Shown: positions 14,953-24,116 of the stretch, piece after piece
Numbering within the stretch: position 1 is the first letter of the stretch
Layout of the letters: every line of letters starts with the position of its first letter
Origin: a virus
Taxonomy: Duplodnaviria; Caudoviricetes
Virus record (IMG/VR): IMGVR_UViG_3300033416_000001
Coordinates: 7,649 to 71,648 of that record
DNA: 64,000 nt
Direction: 5' to 3' (one strand)
Position numbers and translations under genes: made by a program
Notes under the pieces: generated by a model
Databases searched by the model: none
The model's input: only the letters and a program-made list of their open reading frames with translations
What the model was told of the DNA's origin: nothing

Positions 14953-15778
14953 CAACCTGCTGCTGTGCCTGGCTGCGCTCGATCGCCAGGATTTCCGCGA
15001 CCTTGAGGTCATTGTGGCCGATGATGGGTCAACCGATGACCCGCTGGCAGTGCTGACCGATCGCCCATGGCACTTCTCCCATCTCTATGCCCGCCAGCCC
15101 CACCTTGGCGTGCGCATTGGCCAGGCCCGCAACATGGGCCGGCGCCTGGCCCGCGGCGCGGCCCTCGTCTTTATCGACTCGGATGTCCTGCTCAACCCGA
15201 CGGCGCTGGGCCATTATGCCAAACTGCACGCGGCCAATCCGACTGCGATCATCGCGGGCCGCTACGACTGGCTGTCGCCCATGGTCGTTACAATGGAGGA
15301 TGTGCAACATCGCTGGCAGAGCGTCGTGGCCCAAGAATTGACCGCCCTCCCTATCAAAAAGCCACGACCGGGGCTGGAAGGAAACGACCCCCGGGCAGGG
15401 CCGCCAAGCCTCTTCGATTCGTCCAGGGTTGTCTTTGACGGCTATTGCCTGTCTGTATATTCTGGCAATATGCTATGGCCCGTTGCGCTATTTGATGCGC
15501 TCGGCGGATTCTCCGAGGAGATGATTGGCCACGGCGGCGAGGACTGCGAGTTGGCCATGCGCGCCCAGGAGAGCCACTATCCAGTAATCTTCTCCGAAGA
15601 GGTGGGGGGCTATCATGTCTGGCATCCCCGCAACCAGGAGGCCAATGTGGCCGAAGTGCTGCGCAATATTGAGTATATCAAGTCAAAACACGACTTGGCG
15701 GCGCTGGGCATCAGCCAGGGAGACCCGGCCAAGAACCAATTGCCGCTGATAGGAGATGCTGAAAATGAAGAAGGATGA
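14915..15778 (+). CDS. glycosyltransferase family 2
   Basis: ATG 14915; SVIIPVYNR, VADDGSTD, FIDSDV, GGFSEEMIGHGGEDCE. Confidence 0.9.
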   Translation: MLSVIIPVYNRHDNLLLCLAALDRQDFRDLEVIVADDGSTDDPLAVLTDRPWHFSHLYARQPHLGVRIGQARNMGRRLARGAALVFIDSDVLLNPTALGHYAKLHAANPTAIIAGRYDWLSPMVVTMEDVQHRWQSVVAQELTALPIKKPRPGLEGNDPRAGPPSLFDSSRVVFDGYCLSVYSGNMLWPVALFDALGGFSEEMIGHGGEDCELAMRAQESHYPVIFSEEVGGYHVWHPRNQEANVAEVLRNIEYIKSKHDLAALGISQGDPAKNQLPLIGDAENEEG

Positions 15779-16331
15779 GACGCAAATCCTGCCCGATGCC
15801 AAGGCAGGGTGGGACAAAGACTGGAAACGGGTCGGCGCAGAGTATTACTGGCGCCTGCGCGGGCACTACCACGTCGTGGAGACTTACCTGCATGGCGCGG
15901 TGCTCGACATCGGTTGCGGCCCAGGCTTTCTGGCAGGCAAAGTGTTCCCCAACGAGGGCTGGTACACCGGCGTCGACATTTCGGAGGAGGGCATCGCACA
16001 AGCCAAAGGGCTCTTCCCTGGGGCCCACTTCAGCGCCTTAGACGTGACCAAGCAATCGCTGCCCTTCCCTGACCGGTCATTCGATACCGTCGTCCTCTCC
16101 GAGATCATTGAGCACCTGGAGGACTCGACGAAGGTTCTGGCCGAGGCCAAACGGGTCTGTAGAGAATACCTCGTGATTACCCTGCCTATCTCGATGGGGG
16201 GCGTCGGCCATGTTTGGCCTACCTGGGCGTATGCCGATGTCGTGGCCAAATGCGCCGGCCTTGGCACAATCTTGGAACTTCGCGAGTGCCGCGAGCACAA
16301 CTTTTGGCTAGTCTGGATCAGGAGAGCGTGA
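15756..16331 (+). CDS. class I SAM-dependent methyltransferase
   Basis: VLDIGCGPG, GVDIS, LPFPDRSFDTVVLSEIIEHL. Confidence 0.9.
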   Translation: MLKMKKDETQILPDAKAGWDKDWKRVGAEYYWRLRGHYHVVETYLHGAVLDIGCGPGFLAGKVFPNEGWYTGVDISEEGIAQAKGLFPGAHFSALDVTKQSLPFPDRSFDTVVLSEIIEHLEDSTKVLAEAKRVCREYLVITLPISMGGVGHVWPTWAYADVVAKCAGLGTILELRECREHNFWLVWIRRA

Positions 16332-17161
16332 TGAGCAAGATCGGCTTTGTCATACCAACCTACAACCGCTCGCAGAACTTGGCGCTCGTACTAAGGGCGC
16401 TCTCTGTACAGGCGGGCGTAACGAAGGAACTACAAGTTGTCGTCGCCGACGATGGTTCGCTTGACTATGGCGCAACCAGCAACACGGTCAAAGGTTTCTC
16501 CGGCCTGGCTGTGCGCTACCTGTGGCGCCCGCACGACGGGTATGGCGTCTCCTGGATGCGGAACCGCGGTGCACGGCTGCTTGACCCGGACACCACCCAT
16601 GTCTGGTTTGTCGATAGCGATGTCCTACTGAACCCGGGCGCCCTGGCACATGGCTATGAGCTTGTGGACAAGTATCCCCAGGGCGTGGTAATCTGCGGCA
16701 AGTACGATTGGCTGCCGCCGATGGTGATTACTGCAGATGATGTCGTGCACCATTGGGACAAGCTGGTTGGGGCCGCCCTGCCGCCCAAGCAGGTGGATTA
16801 TACGCCCAACCTCCTCGGGAATGACCCGCGCTTCTCCGGCAGACCCGAGCTATGGAACTGCAGCGCCCTGGTGGAGCAGTTCCGTGGCGGAACCTTGAGC
16901 GGCAACTTGATTGTGCCGATGGCCCTGATGAACGAGACCGGCGGTTTCGACGAGGCGATCAAGGGCCAGGGCCAAGATTGCGAGTTCGGCTATCACCTCC
17001 AGGCGGCAGGAGCCCGGGCCGTCTTCTGCTCGCACATCATAGGATATCATGTCTCACACGAGATGGACATCAAGTGGAAAACGGCGAGCGTGCGCGAGAC
17101 CATCCGCTATATCCACAAAAAGTATGGGATCCCGCTGGACGAGGAGAAACTGCCCCAATGA
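16331..17161 (+). CDS. glycosyltransferase family 2
   Basis: ATG 16331; FVIPTYNR, VADDGS, FVDSDV, GGFDEAIKGQGQDCE; paralog of 14915..15778. Confidence 0.9.
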   Translation: MSKIGFVIPTYNRSQNLALVLRALSVQAGVTKELQVVVADDGSLDYGATSNTVKGFSGLAVRYLWRPHDGYGVSWMRNRGARLLDPDTTHVWFVDSDVLLNPGALAHGYELVDKYPQGVVICGKYDWLPPMVITADDVVHHWDKLVGAALPPKQVDYTPNLLGNDPRFSGRPELWNCSALVEQFRGGTLSGNLIVPMALMNETGGFDEAIKGQGQDCEFGYHLQAAGARAVFCSHIIGYHVSHEMDIKWKTASVRETIRYIHKKYGIPLDEEKLPQ

Positions 17162-17781
17162 CGAAAACCGGCTTGGATGTTGGTTGCGGCGATAAGATGA
17201 TCGCCCAAACTCAGAAGATGTTCCCTGACGTCCACTGGGTAGGCATTGACCAGCATGACTTTGGCCGCCTATACCCCAAGGGCACCTTCCTGCGCCACAA
17301 TCTGGCCAATTGGCTCCCGTTCCAGGAGGGCGAGTTCGACCAGATTTGGTGCCACCACGTATTGGAGCATCTGCCGCCGCTTCACCCGACCCGACAATCC
17401 GAGACCGCGCCGCCGTCAGACTTCCTCGTTTTCGTCGTGAACGAGTTCTGGCGCGTGCTCAAGGTGGGCGGCGAGGCCCATCTCGTGGTGCCCTGGATAG
17501 AACACACCAACGCTTGGCGCTCGCCCATACACTATCGCTTCTTCAACCACGAGACGTTCCATTGGTTCAGTTGGTCAGTTATGCGCGCCGAGCATGAGGA
17601 ATCCGGGTTGTGGAGCAAATGGCAAGTGCTGCGCTGCGAGGTCGTCGATCAGTGCCATGTCTACGGCATCCTGCGCAAACTCGCCTGGGCCGCCGGAGAA
17701 CTGCAGCAAACGTTGGGCCCACAGGCAGTGGATTGGGCCGCGGAATGGCGCAATAGGGCGAAGATGGAGGGGAATAGTTGA
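17158..17781 (+). CDS. class I SAM-dependent methyltransferase
   Basis: ATG 17158; LDVGCG, LPFQEGEFDQIWCHHVLEH, RVLKVGG, P.H.RFF. Confidence 0.88.
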   Translation: MTKTGLDVGCGDKMIAQTQKMFPDVHWVGIDQHDFGRLYPKGTFLRHNLANWLPFQEGEFDQIWCHHVLEHLPPLHPTRQSETAPPSDFLVFVVNEFWRVLKVGGEAHLVVPWIEHTNAWRSPIHYRFFNHETFHWFSWSVMRAEHEESGLWSKWQVLRCEVVDQCHVYGILRKLAWAAGELQQTLGPQAVDWAAEWRNRAKMEGNS

Positions 17782-18065
17782 ATACCAGCTCTTCTATCCT
17801 GTTGAGTCGGTCGTCTCTCGAACGGGAGTTTGCATCCTATATAGTGCGGGCAGAGGCGATGCTACTCGATCTCGGCATTCTCTGCGGCTTGTCCCGTGAA
17901 GAAGTCCTGGCATCATTGAAGTTGGAGTACGAACGACGAGGAGGAGCGAACTCCTTTGGTGATTTATTGGATTGGAGCCGAGAATATGCCGCAGAGCACG
18001 GCTGCCTGCCTTTCATGACTGTGGTGCAGTTCCCGGGCGCTGCGGCGGAAGGGTCGGCGAGATGA
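17778..18065 (+). CDS. hypothetical protein
   Basis: 95-aa ORF with 4-nt overlaps on both sides. Confidence 0.55.
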   Translation: MNTSSSILLSRSSLEREFASYIVRAEAMLLDLGILCGLSREEVLASLKLEYERRGGANSFGDLLDWSREYAAEHGCLPFMTVVQFPGAAAEGSAR

Positions 18066-18769
18066 GGTTCGCTTCGCTGGTGGTGCTGTCCTATAACCGC
18101 ATGGCCTATCTGCGGCGCAGCCTGGCGTCGCTGTGGGCTAACACCACCTTCCCGTACCAGCTCATCATCTGCGACGACGCGAGCAATGCCGAAACTGCGC
18201 GCTATGTTACGGATTTGGTAACTTCCGGCCAGGTCAGCACCGCCTTGCTGAACGGCGGGCACAACATGGGTATCGGCACGGCGTTCAACCGCGGTGCGGC
18301 AATCGCTCAGGGGCACTTCTTGGTCAAGCTGGATGCCGACCTGGAGTATGCCCCAGGCTGGCTAGAGACAGTGGTTCGCCTGTTGGACGAGCAGCCAAAG
18401 CTCGGCTGTCTGGGTATGTTCAAGTATCACCACCAGCCATGCAACTTCGAGGACGAACTGATCGCCGATCGCGGCGACCACTATGAGGTAGTGGATTTTG
18501 TGGGCTCGGCGATCGCCATGCGTAGGCAGATCTACGATGAGTTCGGTCCCTGGCGGCAGGACGAGCATCATTTCTCCGAGGACGTATCGTTCAAGAACAA
18601 GGTACAGGCCGCGGGGCACTACCTGGGCTTGACCCACGAGGACGTCATCACGAACTTTGGCTTTGGTGAACAACACTCGTCACTTATCAAAGTCATCGAC
18701 TGGAAAGATGGTAAGCATACCTACAACATCCCTGACCCGAGGCCGCTGCTGTTTGGGAGCAAGCGATGA
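18062..18769 (+). CDS. glycosyltransferase family 2
   Basis: ATG 18062; VVLSYNR, ICDDAS, KLDAD, FSED. Confidence 0.88.
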   Translation: MRFASLVVLSYNRMAYLRRSLASLWANTTFPYQLIICDDASNAETARYVTDLVTSGQVSTALLNGGHNMGIGTAFNRGAAIAQGHFLVKLDADLEYAPGWLETVVRLLDEQPKLGCLGMFKYHHQPCNFEDELIADRGDHYEVVDFVGSAIAMRRQIYDEFGPWRQDEHHFSEDVSFKNKVQAAGHYLGLTHEDVITNFGFGEQHSSLIKVIDWKDGKHTYNIPDPRPLLFGSKR

Positions 18770-18966
18770 CCCAACCCTGCACAATCGCCCACACCGAACC
18801 TAAAAATCTCGTGGACATACGGGATCCGCAGACCAACCGGCTCATTTTGCAATTTGATAAAAAGAGTGGTATAATATACATCAAGCACCGTGGTAGTTGG
18901 TACATTGTTATCCTGGGTCAGGCACAGACAGTCAGCGATGTCGTGAAAGTTACGGGGGAATTGTGA
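18766..18966 (+). CDS. hypothetical protein
   Basis: 66-aa ORF, ATGA overlap. Confidence 0.55.
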   Translation: MTQPCTIAHTEPKNLVDIRDPQTNRLILQFDKKSGIIYIKHRGSWYIVILGQAQTVSDVVKVTGEL

Positions 18967-19298
18967 CCGCAGTAACGCCAATGTACGAAGATCCCGATAC
19001 GGGACTCAAAGAACTCGTCCTATTTCATGCCGTGTCCCAGGGTTGGCTGAATGAGACCGTGCGCGTGCTGCGCGTGCCGGGACCGGTTGACCTGGTAAAG
19101 CTGCCTATAGCGGCCACGCCGGATAGCCCGGCCATCGTTGAAACCGTTGAGTTGGGGGATCAGATTGAGCACGTGACCGTGAGCGGCTTGCATCGGATCA
19201 TCAAGCTCGGCTTTGGTGAGAAAACCAACAGCATTGTCTTTTCGGTGGGCGGCGCCTTTAGCTTGGCGCCCGCTCCAAAACACTCGACAAACGATTAA
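18963..19298 (+). CDS. hypothetical protein
   Basis: GTG 18963 behind GGGGGA; overlaps previous stop. Confidence 0.6.
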   Translation: MTAVTPMYEDPDTGLKELVLFHAVSQGWLNETVRVLRVPGPVDLVKLPIAATPDSPAIVETVELGDQIEHVTVSGLHRIIKLGFGEKTNSIVFSVGGAFSLAPAPKHSTND

Positions 19299-19327
19299 GC
19301 GCACCTAGCGCGACAACTGAGCGCCCA

Positions 19328-19380
19328 GAGCGCCGACCACTCCCCTGTAGACGCGGAGAGGAACGGCGCTCTTTTTATTT
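19328..19380 (+). terminator. intrinsic terminator in front of the portal gene
   Basis: GAGCGCCG / CGGCGCTC stem followed by TTTTTATTT. Confidence 0.65.
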
Positions 19381-19394
19381 CAGGGGTAGACCCA

Positions 19395-20891
19395 ATGACT
19401 TATGACCCGGCACAACTGGATAAGGCGAAGCTCCCCCTCAGAACCCGCATAGCCAGGCGCATCGCCGGCTCCTCCTGGCCGCAGCCTCCGCCAGACGAGG
19501 ATACGACTGCGCGCGGCTATAGCGAGCAGGCATTGGAGAGCATCCGGCAACAGTTCTTCAATGTTTCTGATGAGCGGTACCAGGTCTACAAAGATGCTCG
19601 CAAGATGGACGAGACGATGGACGAGGTGGCCACGGCCCTGGACATGGCCGCCGACAATGCGTTCTCGACCGAGGCAGGCCAGGAAGAGCCGTTCACCATT
19701 GCTTACCTGGAAGAGAGCACGCCCAAGTACCTGCGGGCCATCGTAGAGGGCGTGCTGGCCCGCACCGACTGGCGCAATAAGGGTATGGAGATCGCTCGGG
19801 AGCTTTTGCTGATGGGCGACAACTTCCTGCAATACGTGGTGGACGATCATTATGACATCGTCCGGCTGATGTATATGCCGCAGGAATCCATGATCCGTAA
19901 CGAGGATGAGGTCGGGCTGCTCCTGCGGGGGAACACCCCAGGGGAATATGCCTTTGAACAGCATTACCCGGACGGCGGGGCTTTTATCGCTGGATTCAAG
20001 CCCCACGAGATCCTGCATCTGCGCTGGAAGAAGTCGGGCCGGCGCGTCTATGGGCGCTCTCTCCTGTACACGGCGCGGGCTTCCTGGAAAAAGCTCCAGG
20101 CGATGGAAGAGGCCCTGGTCATCAACTGGATCACCAGAGCGTTCGCTCGCTTGCTCTTTACCCTGGACATCACTGGCAAGGGGCCGAACGAAGCCTTGGC
20201 GGCCATGACCGAGTTCAAGCGCAGTCTGCAGACGCGCAAGATTGCCAAGGATGTGACCGGCATGGAACAGTTGGCCGTGGTTGCCGACATCTTCATGGGC
20301 CGGGCATATCATGAGATGGGCGGTCGCGCCGAGCCGAGCTTGACCGACGCCAAAGTCTTGGACACCTCCTCGACCGGTTACCAACAAATTCGGCCCATCG
20401 AGTATTACCGTGATCGCATTTTGGCCACCCTGCGCACGCCCAAGGCATACCTTGGCCTGGAAGAGGATATCAATGCCAAGGCCACGCTGGTGCAGGAAGA
20501 TCGCCGCTATCAACGCTTTATTCGCAGTATCCAGGCAGTCATCGGCCAGGGGATCCGGCAAACGATCGACCTGCAACTGGCGTTGCGTGGGATTGAGCCA
20601 CGTCGCGTTCCTTATGTGGTGCAGTGGTACGCGCCGACCTGGGGCGACCTCATTGAGGACGCACAGGCCCTGAACAATTACGCGCAGGCAGATACGCAAT
20701 ATCTGGCTCTCGGGATCATTGACAAGGAATGGGTGGCCAAGCGTCATCTGCGCATGAGCACGGCAGAATTCGCCGCAGTGTTGGAGCGGGTCGAACGGGA
20801 TGGTCTGACGACGATGCCACCCAAGGCGGACGCGGCTGCTGAACCTGAAGACAACGAGGGCGATGAGCCCGAGGAAGGGGCGACCAGTTGA
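19395..20891 (+). CDS. portal protein, T4 gp20-like
   Basis: HLRW, YGRSLLY.AR..WKKL..MEEALVI..ITRA, IEYYRDRILATLRTPKAYLG. Confidence 0.9.
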   Translation: MTYDPAQLDKAKLPLRTRIARRIAGSSWPQPPPDEDTTARGYSEQALESIRQQFFNVSDERYQVYKDARKMDETMDEVATALDMAADNAFSTEAGQEEPFTIAYLEESTPKYLRAIVEGVLARTDWRNKGMEIARELLLMGDNFLQYVVDDHYDIVRLMYMPQESMIRNEDEVGLLLRGNTPGEYAFEQHYPDGGAFIAGFKPHEILHLRWKKSGRRVYGRSLLYTARASWKKLQAMEEALVINWITRAFARLLFTLDITGKGPNEALAAMTEFKRSLQTRKIAKDVTGMEQLAVVADIFMGRAYHEMGGRAEPSLTDAKVLDTSSTGYQQIRPIEYYRDRILATLRTPKAYLGLEEDINAKATLVQEDRRYQRFIRSIQAVIGQGIRQTIDLQLALRGIEPRRVPYVVQWYAPTWGDLIEDAQALNNYAQADTQYLALGIIDKEWVAKRHLRMSTAEFAAVLERVERDGLTTMPPKADAAAEPEDNEGDEPEEGATS

Positions 20892-21532
20892 AGATTACCG
20901 CTATCGTGACCGCAGGGGGGATGCAGGGCAGGTGGACGGCGCCTAGCTGTAAACACCTGGCCGTGGTCGAGGGCCAGTCGCTACTGTTGCGCTTAGTGCA
21001 ACAGTTGGAGACATTCTGTGACCGCATCTCTATTCTCGCCTGGCGTCCCGAGATTCGTGCTCTATGCCCGGAGGCATGGATGCCGGAGATAAGCTACCGG
21101 GAAGACCTCCTGCCCGTGCTGCAGGCGACGGAGAAGCTGTGGGACGAGCGCACCCTGATTGTGCACGGCGATGTGGCCTTTGGCACAGAGACGATGGACT
21201 GGCTCAAGAATTGGCGCGGTTCCCTGGGCTTCCTGGGCACCGAGAGCGATATCTTTGCCATGATGTTCGCTAGAATCAACAAGGCTAAGATCCGCCGGGC
21301 CATGGATGAGGCGATCGCCTACGGGTTCTCCAGCAACCCGCTTCAGCATGGCCGGCTCAAGCTGTGGAGCCTGTACCGCCATTTGGTCGGGGCCGATCCC
21401 GGACAACACGAGTTTGGGCAGGATCGCACTTTCCACCATTCGCGAGACTGGACAATGGATGTGGATACCCTGGGCCAGTACGTCCTGCTCCAAGAGGTAA
21501 TGAGGCGGGCACGGGCCGCCGGGAAATTGTAG
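20888..21532 (+). CDS. nucleotidyltransferase family (GT-A fold, MobA/LicC-like)
   Basis: IVTAGG...RW...CKHL..VEGQSLL.R, IVHGDV, DWTMDVDT. Confidence 0.75.
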   Translation: MKITAIVTAGGMQGRWTAPSCKHLAVVEGQSLLLRLVQQLETFCDRISILAWRPEIRALCPEAWMPEISYREDLLPVLQATEKLWDERTLIVHGDVAFGTETMDWLKNWRGSLGFLGTESDIFAMMFARINKAKIRRAMDEAIAYGFSSNPLQHGRLKLWSLYRHLVGADPGQHEFGQDRTFHHSRDWTMDVDTLGQYVLLQEVMRRARAAGKL

Positions 21533-21542
21533 GAGATAGGCC

Positions 21543-22886
21543 ATGCCGTTTACAAAGGGCTCGATACCCCCCAGGCTGAAGGACAAAGGCGTTCCGCAGA
21601 GCTTTGCGGATCAATGGATCGAGGTCTGGAACAGCGTTTATGAACGCACCCAGGACGAGGGCGCCGCCTATGCGCAGGCCAATGGCGTGCTGCACAAAGC
21701 AATGGTCAAGGCCGGTTATAGCAAGGACAAGGATGGCGTTTGGCACAAAGGTGAGGAGGTTGATATGCCCAAAGGCAAAAAGGCTGTGGTTGAGAATATC
21801 CCTGAAGGAGAAGCCCTGATCGGCTTTTCCCGCGATTTGGTTGTGGTCGAAGAGAACGACAAGGGAATGCGCGTCAAGGGCGTGGCCCTGGTAGACGAGG
21901 CCATCAGCAAGAACAATCGCTACTATGGCGGCAGGTTTAACGACAAGGCGACCGAGGAAACGAACCAGTACATGGCCCAGGGCAACCTGGTGACTCTGTA
22001 CAGCCGCCACGCCAAGGCCCTGCCGCACGATGGCGCGGTGCGCGACCTGCCGGTGGGCCAAGTTGTCAAGCCGCTGGCCCGTGAGGGCAGAGTGATCGTG
22101 TACGAGGCGGTCATCGCCCCGACGCAGGACGGCAAGGATGTAATGGCCCTCCTGCGCACGTTCAAGAAACTGCCCACGTCGATCCGCTCGACGCGGTATG
22201 AAAGTCGCATGGTGCAGATGAATGGTCAGCCCGTGGAGGAGATGCTGAGTGCAGTGATCTGCGGCATCGACTTCACTGACGAGCCTGGCATTGAAGGCGC
22301 TGGTGTCAGGGAGATTCTGGAGGAAGCGCCCAAGATCGAAGAAGTAAAACAACAGGAGGAAGAGGACATGGATCTCAAGGAATTGACGCTGGCGATGTTG
22401 GAAGAGAATCGCAAGGATCTGCTCGAACAGCACGCCGCCACTGTCCTTGAACCTCTCCGAGCCGCGATGCAGGAGCAGACCAAAAAGACGGCAGACCTGG
22501 AGGGTGCAAACACTGCTCTCTCCGCCAAGGTCACTGAGCTTGAGGCGGCCCTGGCTGCGGCTGGTCTACAGACGAAGATTGCCGAAGCATCACTCATCGG
22601 GAAGATGGAACGCACCGTCTACGAGGAGCTGAAGCAGACTGTGCACGAGGAAGCGGACCTGGCGAAGGCCGTGCCCGCCGCTCGTGACAAGGCATTCATC
22701 GCCTACGCCGCGGGAATCTCCAGCGGAGAGCCGACTGGTGGTAACGCCAAGGGTTCTTCCAGCGCCGAGAAACTCGCCGAAGAGGGCAAGGCCGGAGCAG
22801 CCGCCGAGGATGACGACGAGGAACTGACCGAAGAGTTCCAGGACATCCTCAGACTCGCGGGCGCGAAGCCGCGGGTAGCAAAGTAA
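21543..22886 (+). CDS. prohead protease/scaffold with N-terminal ChaB-like domain
   Basis: N-term MPFT...PP...QWIEVWN.VY...E..AY..A....GY.K.KDG.W; central SKNNRYY...H...LPVG; acidic coiled-coil C-term; directly upstream of the capsid gene. Confidence 0.8.
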   Translation: MPFTKGSIPPRLKDKGVPQSFADQWIEVWNSVYERTQDEGAAYAQANGVLHKAMVKAGYSKDKDGVWHKGEEVDMPKGKKAVVENIPEGEALIGFSRDLVVVEENDKGMRVKGVALVDEAISKNNRYYGGRFNDKATEETNQYMAQGNLVTLYSRHAKALPHDGAVRDLPVGQVVKPLAREGRVIVYEAVIAPTQDGKDVMALLRTFKKLPTSIRSTRYESRMVQMNGQPVEEMLSAVICGIDFTDEPGIEGAGVREILEEAPKIEEVKQQEEEDMDLKELTLAMLEENRKDLLEQHAATVLEPLRAAMQEQTKKTADLEGANTALSAKVTELEAALAAAGLQTKIAEASLIGKMERTVYEELKQTVHEEADLAKAVPAARDKAFIAYAAGISSGEPTGGNAKGSSSAEKLAEEGKAGAAAEDDDEELTEEFQDILRLAGAKPRVAK

Positions 22887-22898
22887 GGGAGGACACAC

Positions 22899-24098
22899 AT
22901 GGATCCAAAGGTGAAGAGGGTCGGCTCCGAAGTGTTGATCGCGGAGCAGGACGGGGCTTACGAGACGTGGGTGAGTGAGCGGCACGCCTACGTTGACGGC
23001 CTCATTGATAAGTGGATGCCGCTCATCGAAGGCACGCGCAAACAGGCGCTCAAGCCCATTGAGCCGCGGCACTATGCGGCGATGGCGATACTCTTCGAGA
23101 ACCAGGTGCTGGCGACGCAGCGGGCCCTGGGTGAGGCGACCAAGACAAGCGATGTTGTGCTGCCGGTGAAGTATACCCTGCCCATCGTCCGCCTGGTCTT
23201 CCCGGAGCTGATGGCCATGCGCATCGCGTCTGTGCAGCCCATGCCGATGTCCAGCGGTGGCGTGATGAAGGTCTTCTATCAGGACTTCCTGAAGGAAGAT
23301 CTCTCTGATGAAAGCGTCTCCGTCCCGGACTGCGACTACTCGGATGGCGCAGAGAACTCGGTGCCCAAGCGCATCAAGATGTCGATCACCTCTGACCAGG
23401 CGACGGCAGTCAAGAAAATCCTGGGCGCGAGTTGGTCACAGGAAGTGGAAGAGGATGCCGCGGGCGCGCTGAACATCAACGTGGAGGCCGAACTGGTCAC
23501 CCAGATGTCCGGCCAAATCCTGCGCGAACTCGACCAGATCATGCTGACCGAGATGCTCGTCTTCGCGACTGCGGGCAACGTGCCGTGGTCGTGGACGGTT
23601 CCTGCGAACACCCTGGCGAAGGATTACTATGAGACGCTCGCGCACGCCATGATCGACGCCGAAGACCTGGTCTACGGCTACCGCTATCGCCCCTGCGATT
23701 ACGTAATCGGCGGACGGAACTTCATTAAGTACGTCCGCAAGATGCAGGACTTCAACGCTACGCCGCGCAATCAGCCGGGCGAGGCGTTCTCGATGGGCGT
23801 CGAGAAGGTGGGCGAGGTCACGGGGTTCTGGGACGTGTGGATGAGTCCGTACCTGCCGACAAACCGCGCCTTCATGGGCTACTATCCTCGGACTGAGACC
23901 GATACGTGCTATATCTTTGCGCCGTATGTGCCTCTGACTCCGATGCCCAAGGTGTACGCCGAGTATCTGCCGCATGACGATGCCACTCTTCCGGGTGCCT
24001 ATGTGAACACCGACAAGTGGTCGCGCAACGTGCGCACTCGCTACGCCAAGAAGTTTGTCGTGCCGCGGGGTATTGCGACACTCTCCATCGGCGCGTAA
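22899..24098 (+). CDS. major capsid protein, T4 gp23-like
   Basis: LFENQ, LPIVRLVFPELMA..IASVQPM, LGASWSQEVEED, EAELVTQMS.QILRELD, YIFAPYVPL, RTRYAK. Confidence 0.92.
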   Translation: MDPKVKRVGSEVLIAEQDGAYETWVSERHAYVDGLIDKWMPLIEGTRKQALKPIEPRHYAAMAILFENQVLATQRALGEATKTSDVVLPVKYTLPIVRLVFPELMAMRIASVQPMPMSSGGVMKVFYQDFLKEDLSDESVSVPDCDYSDGAENSVPKRIKMSITSDQATAVKKILGASWSQEVEEDAAGALNINVEAELVTQMSGQILRELDQIMLTEMLVFATAGNVPWSWTVPANTLAKDYYETLAHAMIDAEDLVYGYRYRPCDYVIGGRNFIKYVRKMQDFNATPRNQPGEAFSMGVEKVGEVTGFWDVWMSPYLPTNRAFMGYYPRTETDTCYIFAPYVPLTPMPKVYAEYLPHDDATLPGAYVNTDKWSRNVRTRYAKKFVVPRGIATLSIGA

Positions 24099-24116
24099 GA
24101 CGCAAGGGGGGCCCCG

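Noticed and set aside
19380-22433. Long antisense ORFs (19380..20747, 21357..22433)
   Set aside because: Shadows of portal and protease genes in GC-rich DNA; no motifs or RBS
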